Part shown: positions 1 to 8,539 of the stretch, one piece after another
Layout of the letters: the number at the start of each line of letters is the position of its first letter
Numbering within the stretch: the stretch's first letter is position 1
Assembly: GCF_045106495.1 (NCBI RefSeq)
Contig: NZ_JBGCEQ010000031.1
Coordinates: 54,727 to 118,726 of the forward strand
Direction: 5' to 3'
Length of the DNA: 64,000 nucleotides
From: Roseobacter sp.
Lineage (GTDB): Bacteria; Pseudomonadota; Alphaproteobacteria; Rhodobacterales; Rhodobacteraceae
The notes under the pieces: model-generated
Told to the model about the DNA's origin: nothing
What the model saw: the letters and a program-made list of their open reading frames with translations, nothing else
Databases searched by the model: none
Position numbers and translations under genes: made by a program

Positions 1-1
1 G

Positions 2-841
2 TTGTTTTTCGCGGACCAGCTGGTGCCGACTGGCGAGCTTTTCCGCGCCATGCAGAACGGCACAATTGACGCGGTACAATCAGACGACGATTCCATGGCT
101 TCGCCTACAGATGTGACCGTATTTGGCGGCTATTTCCCGTTTGCCTCGCGGTATTCGCTCGATGTGCCGGTACTGTTCAACCAGTATGGCCTCAATGAGA
201 TCTGGGACGAAGAATATTCCAAGGTTGGTGTCAAACACATCTCTGCTGGCGCGTGGGACCCTTGCCATTTCGCGACCAAAGACCCAATCAACAGTCTCGA
301 AGACCTTAAAGGCAAACGCGTCTTCACCTTCCCAACCGCCGGGCGTTTTCTAACACAATTCGGCGTGGTGCCTGTCACCTTGCCTTGGGAAGACATCGAG
401 GTTGCCGTGCAGACCGGCGAATTGGACGGCATCGCCTGGTCCGGAATTACTGAAGACTATACAGTCGGCTGGGCGGATGTGACCAACTACTTCCTGACGA
501 ACAATATTTCCGGTGCTTGGGCAGGCTCGTTCTTTGCCAATATGGAAAGCTACAACGCGCTGCCGGAAGACTTGCAAGAGCTGTTGAAGGTTTGCATGGA
601 TCAGTCACACTACTATCGGCAGTGGTGGTATTGGGGAGGAGAGGCCAACCTGCGTGTCAACGGCACCAAGATGGAACTGACCACAATCCCCGACGCGGAA
701 TGGCAGCAAGTCGAAGACGCTGCGCTGAAGTTCTGGGATGAGATTGCCGCAGAATCCGAGACCAAGGCCAAAGTGGTTGAGATCTTCAAGAAGTATAATG
801 CTGATATGGTAAAGGCCGGACGCCCTTACCGTTACGGCTAA
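2..841 (+). CDS. TRAP transporter solute-binding protein, DctP family (COG4663-like); 5' end lies outside the window
   Basis: The ORF is open at the window edge (279 aa). Its length and composition fit a DctP-type periplasmic receptor, and it sits in a catabolic gene context. Confidence 0.8.
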   Translation: MFFADQLVPTGELFRAMQNGTIDAVQSDDDSMASPTDVTVFGGYFPFASRYSLDVPVLFNQYGLNEIWDEEYSKVGVKHISAGAWDPCHFATKDPINSLEDLKGKRVFTFPTAGRFLTQFGVVPVTLPWEDIEVAVQTGELDGIAWSGITEDYTVGWADVTNYFLTNNISGAWAGSFFANMESYNALPEDLQELLKVCMDQSHYYRQWWYWGGEANLRVNGTKMELTTIPDAEWQQVEDAALKFWDEIAAESETKAKVVEIFKKYNADMVKAGRPYRYG

Positions 842-849
842 ACTGACCA

Positions 850-875
850 TCGGGGGCGGTGAAAACGGCCCCCGA
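850..875 (+). terminator. GC-rich hairpin just after the TRAP receptor stop; possible terminator or attenuator
   Basis: TCGGGGGC (850-857) pairs with GCCCCCGA (868-875) around a 10-nt loop. No clear T-run follows. Confidence 0.35.
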
Positions 876-899
876 CTTACCTAGAAGTGGACATGTCCC

Positions 900-2264
900 A
901 TGCCTGGCATCCTAAGTTTTGATCACCTGAAAACCCAAGTGTCCGAGGGCACGACTGACACTGTTCTGGTCTGCGCGGTCGACATGCAGGGCCGCCTGAT
1001 AGGGAAAAGGTTCCACGCCGCCAATTTCATTTCGCATTCCTATGCTGAGACGCATTGCTGTAACTACCTGTTGGCCACGGATCTGGAAATGGCCACGCCT
1101 GACGGTTATGCGTCGACTTCCTGGGAAAAGGGCTACGGCGACTACGTGATGCGCCCGGATTTGAGTACCATCCGCCCCGTACCCTGGTTGGAAGGCACGG
1201 CGATGGTCATGTGCGATGTGCTCGATCATCATACGCATGCCCCTGTGCCACATGCGCCGCGCGCCGTGTTGCAAAAACAGATCGCGCGGCTGGAGGCGAT
1301 GGGTTTCACCGCCAAGATGGCGACAGAACTGGAATTCTTCCTGTTCGAGAAGAGCTTTGATGACATCCGCAAGAGCGGCTTTCGCGATCTGGCCCCGATC
1401 AGCGGGTACAACGAAGACTACCATATCTTCCAGACCACCAAGGAAGAAGGCGTCATGCGCCCGGTGCGCAACCACCTATTTGCAGCGGGTATCCCTGTGG
1501 AGAATACCAAAGGCGAGGCCGAAGCCGGGCAAGAAGAGCTCAACATCCGTTACGCCGCCGCGCTCGATTGCGCGGATCACCACACCATTGCGAAACATGC
1601 GATCAAGGAAATTGCCTGGCAACAAGGTCACGCGGCGAGCTTCTTGCCGAAATGGGATGCTGGCAAGGTGGGCAGTTCCAGCCATGTGCACCAGTCGCTT
1701 TGGCAAGATGGTACCCCGCTGTTCTACGATAAAGGCGCGGACCTTGGCATGTCTGATCTGATGAAACACTATATGGCGGGGTTGATTGCTTTTGCGCCGG
1801 AGTATGTGTTTTTCTTGGCGCCTTACGTCAACAGCTACAAACGCTTCTCCAAGGGCACTTTTGCACCGACCAAAACGGTCTGGTCCGTGGACAATCGCAC
1901 GGCGGGGTTCCGGCTTTGCGGCGATGGCACCAAGGGTGTCCGCGTAGAGTGCCGGATCGGTGGCTCCGATCTAAATCCCTATCTGGCGCAGGCAGCGATG
2001 TTGGCTGCAGGCATCAAGGGAATTGAGGATCAGATGGTGCTGGCTGCGCCCACCAAAGGCGACGTCTATGAGGACGCGAAAGCGGCGGATATTCCGCAAA
2101 CGCTCAGAGCCGCAACGGATACCCTGCGCGGCTCGCAGATGCTGCGCGCAGCAATGGGAGACGATGTGGTCGACCACTACACCCGATGTGCGGAATGGGA
2201 ACAGGAAGAATTTGACCGCGCTGTTACGGATTGGGAAATTGCACGCGGTTTTGAGAGGGCTTGA
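900..2264 (+). CDS. glutamine synthetase family protein, gamma-glutamyl-amine ligase type (PuuA/GmaS/IpuC-like)
   Basis: 454 aa with a GS catalytic-domain look (…GSSSHVHQSLW…, …NSYKRF…, …VECRIGGSDLNPYL…). Its stop overlaps the start of the next gene. Confidence 0.85.
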   Translation: MPGILSFDHLKTQVSEGTTDTVLVCAVDMQGRLIGKRFHAANFISHSYAETHCCNYLLATDLEMATPDGYASTSWEKGYGDYVMRPDLSTIRPVPWLEGTAMVMCDVLDHHTHAPVPHAPRAVLQKQIARLEAMGFTAKMATELEFFLFEKSFDDIRKSGFRDLAPISGYNEDYHIFQTTKEEGVMRPVRNHLFAAGIPVENTKGEAEAGQEELNIRYAAALDCADHHTIAKHAIKEIAWQQGHAASFLPKWDAGKVGSSSHVHQSLWQDGTPLFYDKGADLGMSDLMKHYMAGLIAFAPEYVFFLAPYVNSYKRFSKGTFAPTKTVWSVDNRTAGFRLCGDGTKGVRVECRIGGSDLNPYLAQAAMLAAGIKGIEDQMVLAAPTKGDVYEDAKAADIPQTLRAATDTLRGSQMLRAAMGDDVVDHYTRCAEWEQEEFDRAVTDWEIARGFERA

Positions 2265-3640
2265 GGATGACCATCACCTGCGTTTCTCCAATCGATGGAT
2301 CGGTTTATGTCACACGGCAGACACTGAATGAATTTGAAGCCGCGCAAGCTGTGGCAAAGGGGAAGGCGGCTCAAATTGCCTGGGCGGCGCGCCCCTTGGA
2401 AGAGCGCATTGCGCTGGTGTTGCAGGCCGTGGCCAACATTGGTGCGATGAACGACGAGATCGTTCCCGAACTGGCTTGGCAAATGGGACGACCCATTCGT
2501 TACGGCGGCGAGTTTGGTGGATTTAACGAGCGCGCTCTTTACATGGCTGAAATTGCCCAAGAAGCGCTTGCGGACATCAAAGTCGAGGATAGCATTAATT
2601 TCAAAAGGCTGATCAAGCGGGTGCCGCATGGGTTGGTGCTGGTTGTTGCGCCGTGGAATTACCCGTTTATGACGGCAATAAATACAGTTGCGCCCGCTTT
2701 GATCGCGGGCAACTCAGTGTTGCTGAAACACGCCAGTCAGACACCGCTGGTGGGCGAACGTCTGGCGCAGGCTTTCGCAGATGCAGGTGTGCCCGAAGAC
2801 GTGTTCCAAAACGTTTTCCTCGATCACAAAACGACGTCTGCGTTGATCGCGGACAGGGCTTTTGGCTTTGTGAATTTCACGGGGTCTGTCGCGGGGGGCA
2901 AAGCCATGGAAGCTGCGGCACAGGGGACCTTTACCGGTTTGGGGCTGGAACTCGGCGGCAAGGACCCCGGATACGTGATGGAAGACGCAGATTTGGATGC
3001 TGCGGTGGACACACTGATCGATGGGGCGATGTTCAATTCTGGCCAATGCTGTTGTGGAATCGAGAGGATTTACGTGGCGCAGAGCTTGTTTGATGGCTTT
3101 GTGGAAAAAGCAGTGAAGATCGTTGAGGGCTACAAACTCGGAGATCCGCTTGATCCAGAGACAACTTTGGGCCCGATGGCGCAGGCGAGGTTTGCCGACC
3201 TGGTCCGCAGCCAGACTGCCGATGCGGTCGCAGCCGGAGCCAAAGCGTTGATTGACCCCGCAGGTTTCCCGCGGGATGGCGGGGCCTATATGATGCCGCA
3301 GATTCTGGTCAATGTGGATCATTCCATGCGCGTGATGCGTGAAGAAAGCTTTGGGCCGGTAGTGGGTATCATGCCTGTCAAAAATGACGCGGAAGCCATT
3401 CGCCTGATGAATGACAGCGATTATGGTCTGACTGCCTCCCTTTGGACGCAGGATACGAACCGCGCAGAAGCCATAGGCGATGCGATTGAAACAGGTACGG
3501 TCTTCATGAACCGCGCCGATTATCTTGATCCGGGCTTGTGCTGGACCGGTTGCAAGGATACGGGCCGGGGTGGCGGATTATCGGTGATTGGCTACCATAA
3601 TCTGACGCGTCCAAAATCATTTCATCTAAAGAAGGCCTGA
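2261..3640 (+). CDS. NAD(P)-dependent aldehyde dehydrogenase
   Basis: 459 aa with ALDH motifs (…ELGGKDP…, …FNSGQCCCGIERIYV…, …EESFGPV…). There is a 4-nt overlap with the upstream GS-like gene. Confidence 0.9.
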   Translation: MRMTITCVSPIDGSVYVTRQTLNEFEAAQAVAKGKAAQIAWAARPLEERIALVLQAVANIGAMNDEIVPELAWQMGRPIRYGGEFGGFNERALYMAEIAQEALADIKVEDSINFKRLIKRVPHGLVLVVAPWNYPFMTAINTVAPALIAGNSVLLKHASQTPLVGERLAQAFADAGVPEDVFQNVFLDHKTTSALIADRAFGFVNFTGSVAGGKAMEAAAQGTFTGLGLELGGKDPGYVMEDADLDAAVDTLIDGAMFNSGQCCCGIERIYVAQSLFDGFVEKAVKIVEGYKLGDPLDPETTLGPMAQARFADLVRSQTADAVAAGAKALIDPAGFPRDGGAYMMPQILVNVDHSMRVMREESFGPVVGIMPVKNDAEAIRLMNDSDYGLTASLWTQDTNRAEAIGDAIETGTVFMNRADYLDPGLCWTGCKDTGRGGGLSVIGYHNLTRPKSFHLKKA

Positions 3641-3644
3641 CCTG

Positions 3645-4808
3645 ATGTCTCTCTCTGCTAACTGGTCCTATCCAACAGCCGTACGATTTGGCGCTGGTCG
3701 TATCTCTGAAATCGCGGAGGCCTGTGCTGCGGCCGGGATGTCCAAGCCCTTGATGGTCACGGACAAGGGTCTGGCGGACTTGCCGATCACGGGTGCAACA
3801 CTTGAGCTTTTGACCGCAGCAGGTCTCGGGCGTGCGCTTTTCTCAGACGTTGACCCGAACCCGACAGAGATCAATGTCGAAGAGGGTGTTCAGGCTTTTC
3901 GAGATGGCGGGCATGACGGTGTTGTGGCCTTTGGTGGCGGGTCAGGTCTCGATCTGGGCAAAATGATCGCTTTCATGGCCGGTCAGTCCCGTCCGTTGTG
4001 GGATTTCGAAGATATCGACGATTGGTGGACGCGGGCGGATGCGGACGCGATTGCGCCCATTGTCGCCGTGCCTACAACTGCCGGAACAGGATCAGAAGTT
4101 GGACGCGCGAGCGTCATCACGAATTCGGAAACCCACGAGAAAAAGATTATCTTTCACCCCAAGTTATTGCCCGCCGTGGTGATTTGTGACGCAGAATTGA
4201 CTGTTGGGATGCCGCAGATGATTACCGCTGGCACGGGTATGGATGCCTTTGCGCATTGCTTGGAAGCTTACTGTTCGCCGCATTACCACCCGATGAGCCA
4301 GGGCATCGCTCTGGAAGGTATGCGCCTGGTCAAAGACAACCTTGTCGCGGCTTATGAGGATGGCACAAACCTAAAAGCGCGCGCGCATATGATGTCTGCT
4401 GCGGCTATGGGAGCCACGGCGTTCCAAAAAGGTCTGGGCGCAATTCATGCGCTGTCCCATCCCATTGGCGCTGTGCATCATACGCATCACGGCACCACAA
4501 ACGCGGTTGTGATGCAGCCGGTGCTGATGTTCAACCGCCCGAAGGTGCGAAAACACCTTGCACGCGCGGCCAATTACCTCAGCATTTCCGGCGGTTTTGA
4601 CGGGTTTTACAACTTTGTCGGCGAGATAAATGCCAAATTGAACATCCCTGCAAACCTGACCGAGCTAGGCGTGACGAACCCAGATATCGGCGCGCTGGTG
4701 GCATCGGCACTGAGAGACCCAAGCTGCGGTGGCAATCCGATGAAAATGTCCGAAAAGAACACCACCGATTTGTTGGAAAGTTGTTTTGCACCGCCTGCAG
4801 GGGACTAG
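3645..4808 (+). CDS. iron-containing (group III) alcohol dehydrogenase
   Basis: 387 aa with …GGGSGLDLGKMIAF… and the His-rich metal site …HALSHPIGAVHHTHHG…. Confidence 0.9.
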   Translation: MSLSANWSYPTAVRFGAGRISEIAEACAAAGMSKPLMVTDKGLADLPITGATLELLTAAGLGRALFSDVDPNPTEINVEEGVQAFRDGGHDGVVAFGGGSGLDLGKMIAFMAGQSRPLWDFEDIDDWWTRADADAIAPIVAVPTTAGTGSEVGRASVITNSETHEKKIIFHPKLLPAVVICDAELTVGMPQMITAGTGMDAFAHCLEAYCSPHYHPMSQGIALEGMRLVKDNLVAAYEDGTNLKARAHMMSAAAMGATAFQKGLGAIHALSHPIGAVHHTHHGTTNAVVMQPVLMFNRPKVRKHLARAANYLSISGGFDGFYNFVGEINAKLNIPANLTELGVTNPDIGALVASALRDPSCGGNPMKMSEKNTTDLLESCFAPPAGD

Positions 4809-5554
4809 CTGTACCAGATCGCCCGACGGATCAAGTTGACGCCCATCAGTACGAAAATGATAAGAATGGCGTTTCGAAAGGCACCTCCCGACATTCGATT
4901 GCGCAGCACCTCGCCCGCTGAAAAACCGATCAGCGTCGGGATCAGCATTATGGCGGACGCACCCGCGAGCGGACCCGTCATAAAACCCAACTGAATATAG
5001 GCGAGGCACAGCGGCAGGCTGCCCACAAAGATCAAAAAGCCGGCTGCGCGGACAAACTCATCTTTGTCGACCTGTTTTGCAGCCAGATACATGGCGAGCG
5101 GTGCACCCCATCCGGCGGTCATGCCACCGACAATGCCGGTAAACAGACCAAAGCCCACTTGAGCTGCCGGGTCATATCGCGCAGGTAAAGGCGGTACCAT
5201 GCGTTTCCAACTGACGGCGACGAAAAGCAAAATGACGGCACCAAGGACGGCCAGCAGGACACGGTCGCCGGCGTTTTGAGTCGCGAAAGTGGTCAGTGTT
5301 ACCCCACCCAAAAGAACAAATGCGAAGACGGAATACCGACGTACAGTCCGCCTGAGCCCGCCTGCACGAAAAACCTGCCAAGCGTTTGACCCAATCATTG
5401 GGAACAAAACAAGAGAAATGGCGGTCCGTGGATCGAGAAACAGGGTCATGATCGCAATGGCCGCCGTGGGCATGCCGATCCCTGCCAGCCCTTTGACGGC
5501 ACCTGAGAAAAGGAATGCAGCACCTGCCACGAGTAGAGTGGTTGTATAGTCCAA
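4805..5554 (-). CDS. TauE/SafE family sulfite/anion exporter
   Basis: Polytopic membrane ORF with Gly-rich helices typical of TauE. I place the start at TTG 5554 (250 aa). The 286-aa ORF-track version adds a basic non-membrane leader. The start is uncertain. Confidence 0.75.
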   Translation of the reverse strand: MDYTTTLLVAGAAFLFSGAVKGLAGIGMPTAAIAIMTLFLDPRTAISLVLFPMIGSNAWQVFRAGGLRRTVRRYSVFAFVLLGGVTLTTFATQNAGDRVLLAVLGAVILLFVAVSWKRMVPPLPARYDPAAQVGFGLFTGIVGGMTAGWGAPLAMYLAAKQVDKDEFVRAAGFLIFVGSLPLCLAYIQLGFMTGPLAGASAIMLIPTLIGFSAGEVLRNRMSGGAFRNAILIIFVLMGVNLIRRAIWYS

Positions 5555-5688
5555 CGGGTTCTTTCTGCGCTGAGGGTGCCGTTGCAATCTCCTATACGTG
5601 CGGCTCAAGTCAATCAAATGCCCTTTTCGTTGCCGTTGGCCATAGCCTGTGCCACCTTGAACCAACCCGCAACCGCATTGGAGCCACC

Positions 5689-6090
5689 ATGCCCTCTTTG
5701 AAAATCAGTTCCGCGCAAATGGTGGCAGAGGCCCGCGCCCGTATCGAGGAAATAGAGACCCAGGACCTGATCGCTATGCTGGAAGATCCGAATGTGATTG
5801 TGGTCGACATCCGCGATATCCGCGAACGGCAGCGCAGCGGCTTTATCCCGGGCAGTTTTCATGCACCGCGTGGGATGATCGAGTTCTGGGTGGATCCTGA
5901 TAGCCCGTATTTCAAAGAGGTTTTTGCACAAGACAAAAAATTTGTGTTTCACTGTGCATCTGGTTGGCGGTCCGCACTTACAACGGCGACGTTGCAGGAC
6001 ATGGGGTTTGAAGCCTCGCATCTGAAAGAGGGTTTCTCTACCTGGGAAAAGCTTGGCGGCCCGGTGACCTATTCCGAGCCCAAAGAATAG
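5689..6090 (+). CDS. single-domain rhodanese (sulfurtransferase)
   Basis: 133 aa starting at ATG 5689 (MPSLK…), with the active-site loop HCASGWRS. It is a paralogue of the ORF at 24728-25126. Confidence 0.85.
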   Translation: MPSLKISSAQMVAEARARIEEIETQDLIAMLEDPNVIVVDIRDIRERQRSGFIPGSFHAPRGMIEFWVDPDSPYFKEVFAQDKKFVFHCASGWRSALTTATLQDMGFEASHLKEGFSTWEKLGGPVTYSEPKE

Positions 6091-6129
6091 CGGATCAAGC
6101 TGTTATCATGAGCAGCCAGATTTTGAGGC

Positions 6130-7227
6130 TTACAAGTTCTGCAAACCCGCATCCGCCCAACGGTGAACCGACAGTGTTTGACCACCGGCTTGATCCTTAA
6201 GCCGGTCGTCATCGGTCTGGGGGCGGGTGGTTTGTCCCGGCTGCAGTTCGAGTGGCAAGACGATGCTTTGTTCTGTCGGGACGCCATTGATCCTTGCAAG
6301 TAGATTGCGCGCGCCGGTGATCCCCATCAAGCGGCGCAATGTGCGTACTGTTGTCAATTTTATTGGCAATACGGACCCTAGGTCCAACCCATTGAAACCA
6401 ACGACGCCGATGTCTTCTGGTACGGAAAGACCTTGGGCCTGGCAGCACATCAAGCCGCCGAACGCCATGTGGTCATTCAAATAGCATATGATGTCTGGCG
6501 CATGTTCGGCGAGCAGGGTTTTGGTGCCTTCGAAACCGGTTACGAAGGCATTGCCCAAGAGCGGGCGGGAGGCCAAAACAGGTGTTGATCGTTGTTGCGA
6601 AAAGACATGTCGGATGCCCGCCAATCGGGCGTCAGCGCGTTTGTCATGTCCGCGGGGGGTGCTGACAAAGGCGGGCCGCTGATAGCCCATTTCAATGGCG
6701 TGCTCACCGATCAGACGGCCCGCTTCGAAATGATCAATGCCAACACAGATGTCGATTGGGTCGTCGGTATGGTCCCAGATTTCAAGAACTGGAATAGGAG
6801 AGGCTTTGAGCAGCTCGCGGGTTTCCGGGTGATGATCAGTGCCGGTCAAGATAATGGCTGCAGGCTGCCAAGACAAAAGGCGGCGTATCCAATTGAGCTC
6901 TGCCGTGCTGTCGTACTCGGTTGTATCGATCACGCTGGAATACCCTGCAGTATCGAAAGTCTGGCGCATGCCGTTCAAGATTTCTGCAAAGACATCGGCA
7001 GCAAAGGTGGGCAGTGAAATTCCGATCAGATTTGAGTTGGCTACAGCAAGAGAACGCGCGGCGCTATTGGGCATGTATTTCATTTGCCGTGCGATCTTGA
7101 GAATCTCTGCGCGCTTTTTTTCGGATACTCCTTCCACGCCGCGAATTGCACGCGAAACGCTCATGATGCTGACGTTGGCTTTTTGTGCGACATCTTCGAT
7201 TTTGGTTGGCTTTGATTGTTGTGACAT
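6130..7227 (-). CDS. LacI family transcriptional regulator
   Basis: N-terminal HTH (…IEDVAQKANVSIMSVSRAIRG…) plus a periplasmic-binding-fold C-terminal part. It is divergent from the ABC operon. Confidence 0.9.
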   Translation of the reverse strand: MSQQSKPTKIEDVAQKANVSIMSVSRAIRGVEGVSEKKRAEILKIARQMKYMPNSAARSLAVANSNLIGISLPTFAADVFAEILNGMRQTFDTAGYSSVIDTTEYDSTAELNWIRRLLSWQPAAIILTGTDHHPETRELLKASPIPVLEIWDHTDDPIDICVGIDHFEAGRLIGEHAIEMGYQRPAFVSTPRGHDKRADARLAGIRHVFSQQRSTPVLASRPLLGNAFVTGFEGTKTLLAEHAPDIICYLNDHMAFGGLMCCQAQGLSVPEDIGVVGFNGLDLGSVLPIKLTTVRTLRRLMGITGARNLLARINGVPTEQSIVLPLELQPGQTTRPQTDDDRLKDQAGGQTLSVHRWADAGLQNL

Positions 7228-7301
7228 GCCTTCGTGTGCTTCCTACTCAATTTTTTGAAAATTCGGATTCTATATATTTTTCATGCACTAATACGCCATT
7301 G

Positions 7302-7317
7302 ACGTTAACGTTAACGT
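7302..7317. promoter_or_regulatory. candidate LacI-family operator (perfect 16-bp palindrome)
   Basis: ACGTTAACGTTAACGT is its own reverse complement and has a central CG. It lies in the divergent spacer between the LacI gene and the ABC ATPase. Confidence 0.5.
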
Positions 7318-7423
7318 AGTTTTCGATTTTTGTCCTTCCTGAAATTCACAGTCGGATGCACTGTTGTCCCAGTCAAGTGTGCGCCTGAATCGCGTTTTTG
7401 ACTGTGCTTTTGGGGGGGGTCGC

Positions 7424-8506
7424 GTGCCGAAAATTATCTTTGACCAAGTTGCAAAGAGCTATGGTGCAGTCGAGGTTTTGCCGCCATTTGATTTGTCGTT
7501 GGATGATGGAGAATTCACGGTACTGGTGGGCCCTTCCGGGTGCGGGAAATCTACCACTTTGCGCATGCTCGCCGGGCTTGAAACCCTATCGGGTGGTGAG
7601 ATCTATTTCGATGAAAAACCCATCAGCAGGCTCGATCCCAAGGAACGCGATCTCGCGATGGTGTTTCAGGACTACGCACTTTACCCCCACATGAACATCG
7701 CCAAAAACATGTCTTTCGCGCTGCGTTTGGCTCGGGTGTCTAAACCCGAAATCGAAGCAAAAGTTCAGCGTGTTGCTGAAATGTTGAATATAGCACATCT
7801 TTTGGACCGCAAACCGGCCGAACTGTCTGGAGGCCAGCGCCAACGCGTCGCAATGGGGCGTGCGTTGGTGCGGGACGCAGGAACATTTCTGTTTGATGAA
7901 CCGCTATCAAACCTTGATGCAAAGTTGCGTGGCAAGATGCGTGCGGAACTGGCAGAAATGCGGGATACCATTGACAAAAATATGGTCTACGTGACGCATG
8001 ACCAAGTCGAAGCTATGACGCTTGGCGACCGCATTGTCGTGATGAGCGACGGCTTCATTCAACAACAGGGATCGCCTGAAGAGCTGTTCAAAGCGCCTGC
8101 AAACAAGTTCGTTGCAGGCTTCATCGGGTCACCAACAATGAACTTTGTTGATGGTGAGCTTGTCGAAGAAAACGATACACTCTGGGTACGTGGTGACGGG
8201 TTTCACTTGCCGCTTGATCCTGAAACCGGCGCACGCCTTAAAAACGCTGCGGTCCGTGGCATAACGCTGGGGTTGCGCCCGTCCAGTTTCACCACCGACA
8301 TGACAAAAGGCGCACCCATTGAATTGCGTGTCGTCGTCTCAGAATACCTCGGGGCGCAATCGGTGCTGGTGACACGGTGTGGCGACGCAGATGTGTTGGT
8401 CGAAACCCAAAGCGCGGCACCGGTCAAGGCGGGTATTGTGCAGACCTTCGGGGTGCTGACCAACGAACTAATGATTTTCGACAAAACGTCAGGGCTCAGG
8501 CTCTGA
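7424..8506 (+). CDS. ABC transporter ATP-binding protein (MalK/UgpC-type, with C-terminal regulatory domain)
   Basis: Walker A GPSGCGKST, signature LSGGQRQR and Walker B FLFDEP. The likely start is GTG 7424 (VPKIIFDQV…) after a G-rich RBS. The ORF-track ATG 7364 is the alternative. Confidence 0.9.
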   Translation: MPKIIFDQVAKSYGAVEVLPPFDLSLDDGEFTVLVGPSGCGKSTTLRMLAGLETLSGGEIYFDEKPISRLDPKERDLAMVFQDYALYPHMNIAKNMSFALRLARVSKPEIEAKVQRVAEMLNIAHLLDRKPAELSGGQRQRVAMGRALVRDAGTFLFDEPLSNLDAKLRGKMRAELAEMRDTIDKNMVYVTHDQVEAMTLGDRIVVMSDGFIQQQGSPEELFKAPANKFVAGFIGSPTMNFVDGELVEENDTLWVRGDGFHLPLDPETGARLKNAAVRGITLGLRPSSFTTDMTKGAPIELRVVVSEYLGAQSVLVTRCGDADVLVETQSAAPVKAGIVQTFGVLTNELMIFDKTSGLRL

Positions 8507-8539
8507 CATCCAAGGAATAGCATCAGGGAGGACTGACAA

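Noticed and set aside
2714-3322. Long antisense or off-frame ORFs inside well-supported genes, for example 2714-3322(-), 18159-18560(-), 26164-26790(+), 29098-29694(-), 35741-36412(+), 40721-41248(-), 46047-46529(-), 53839-54708(-) and 60099-60668(+).
   Set aside because: These are typical shadow ORFs of GC-rich coding DNA. They are fully nested in genes with clear family signatures and have Arg/Ser/Cys-rich composition.
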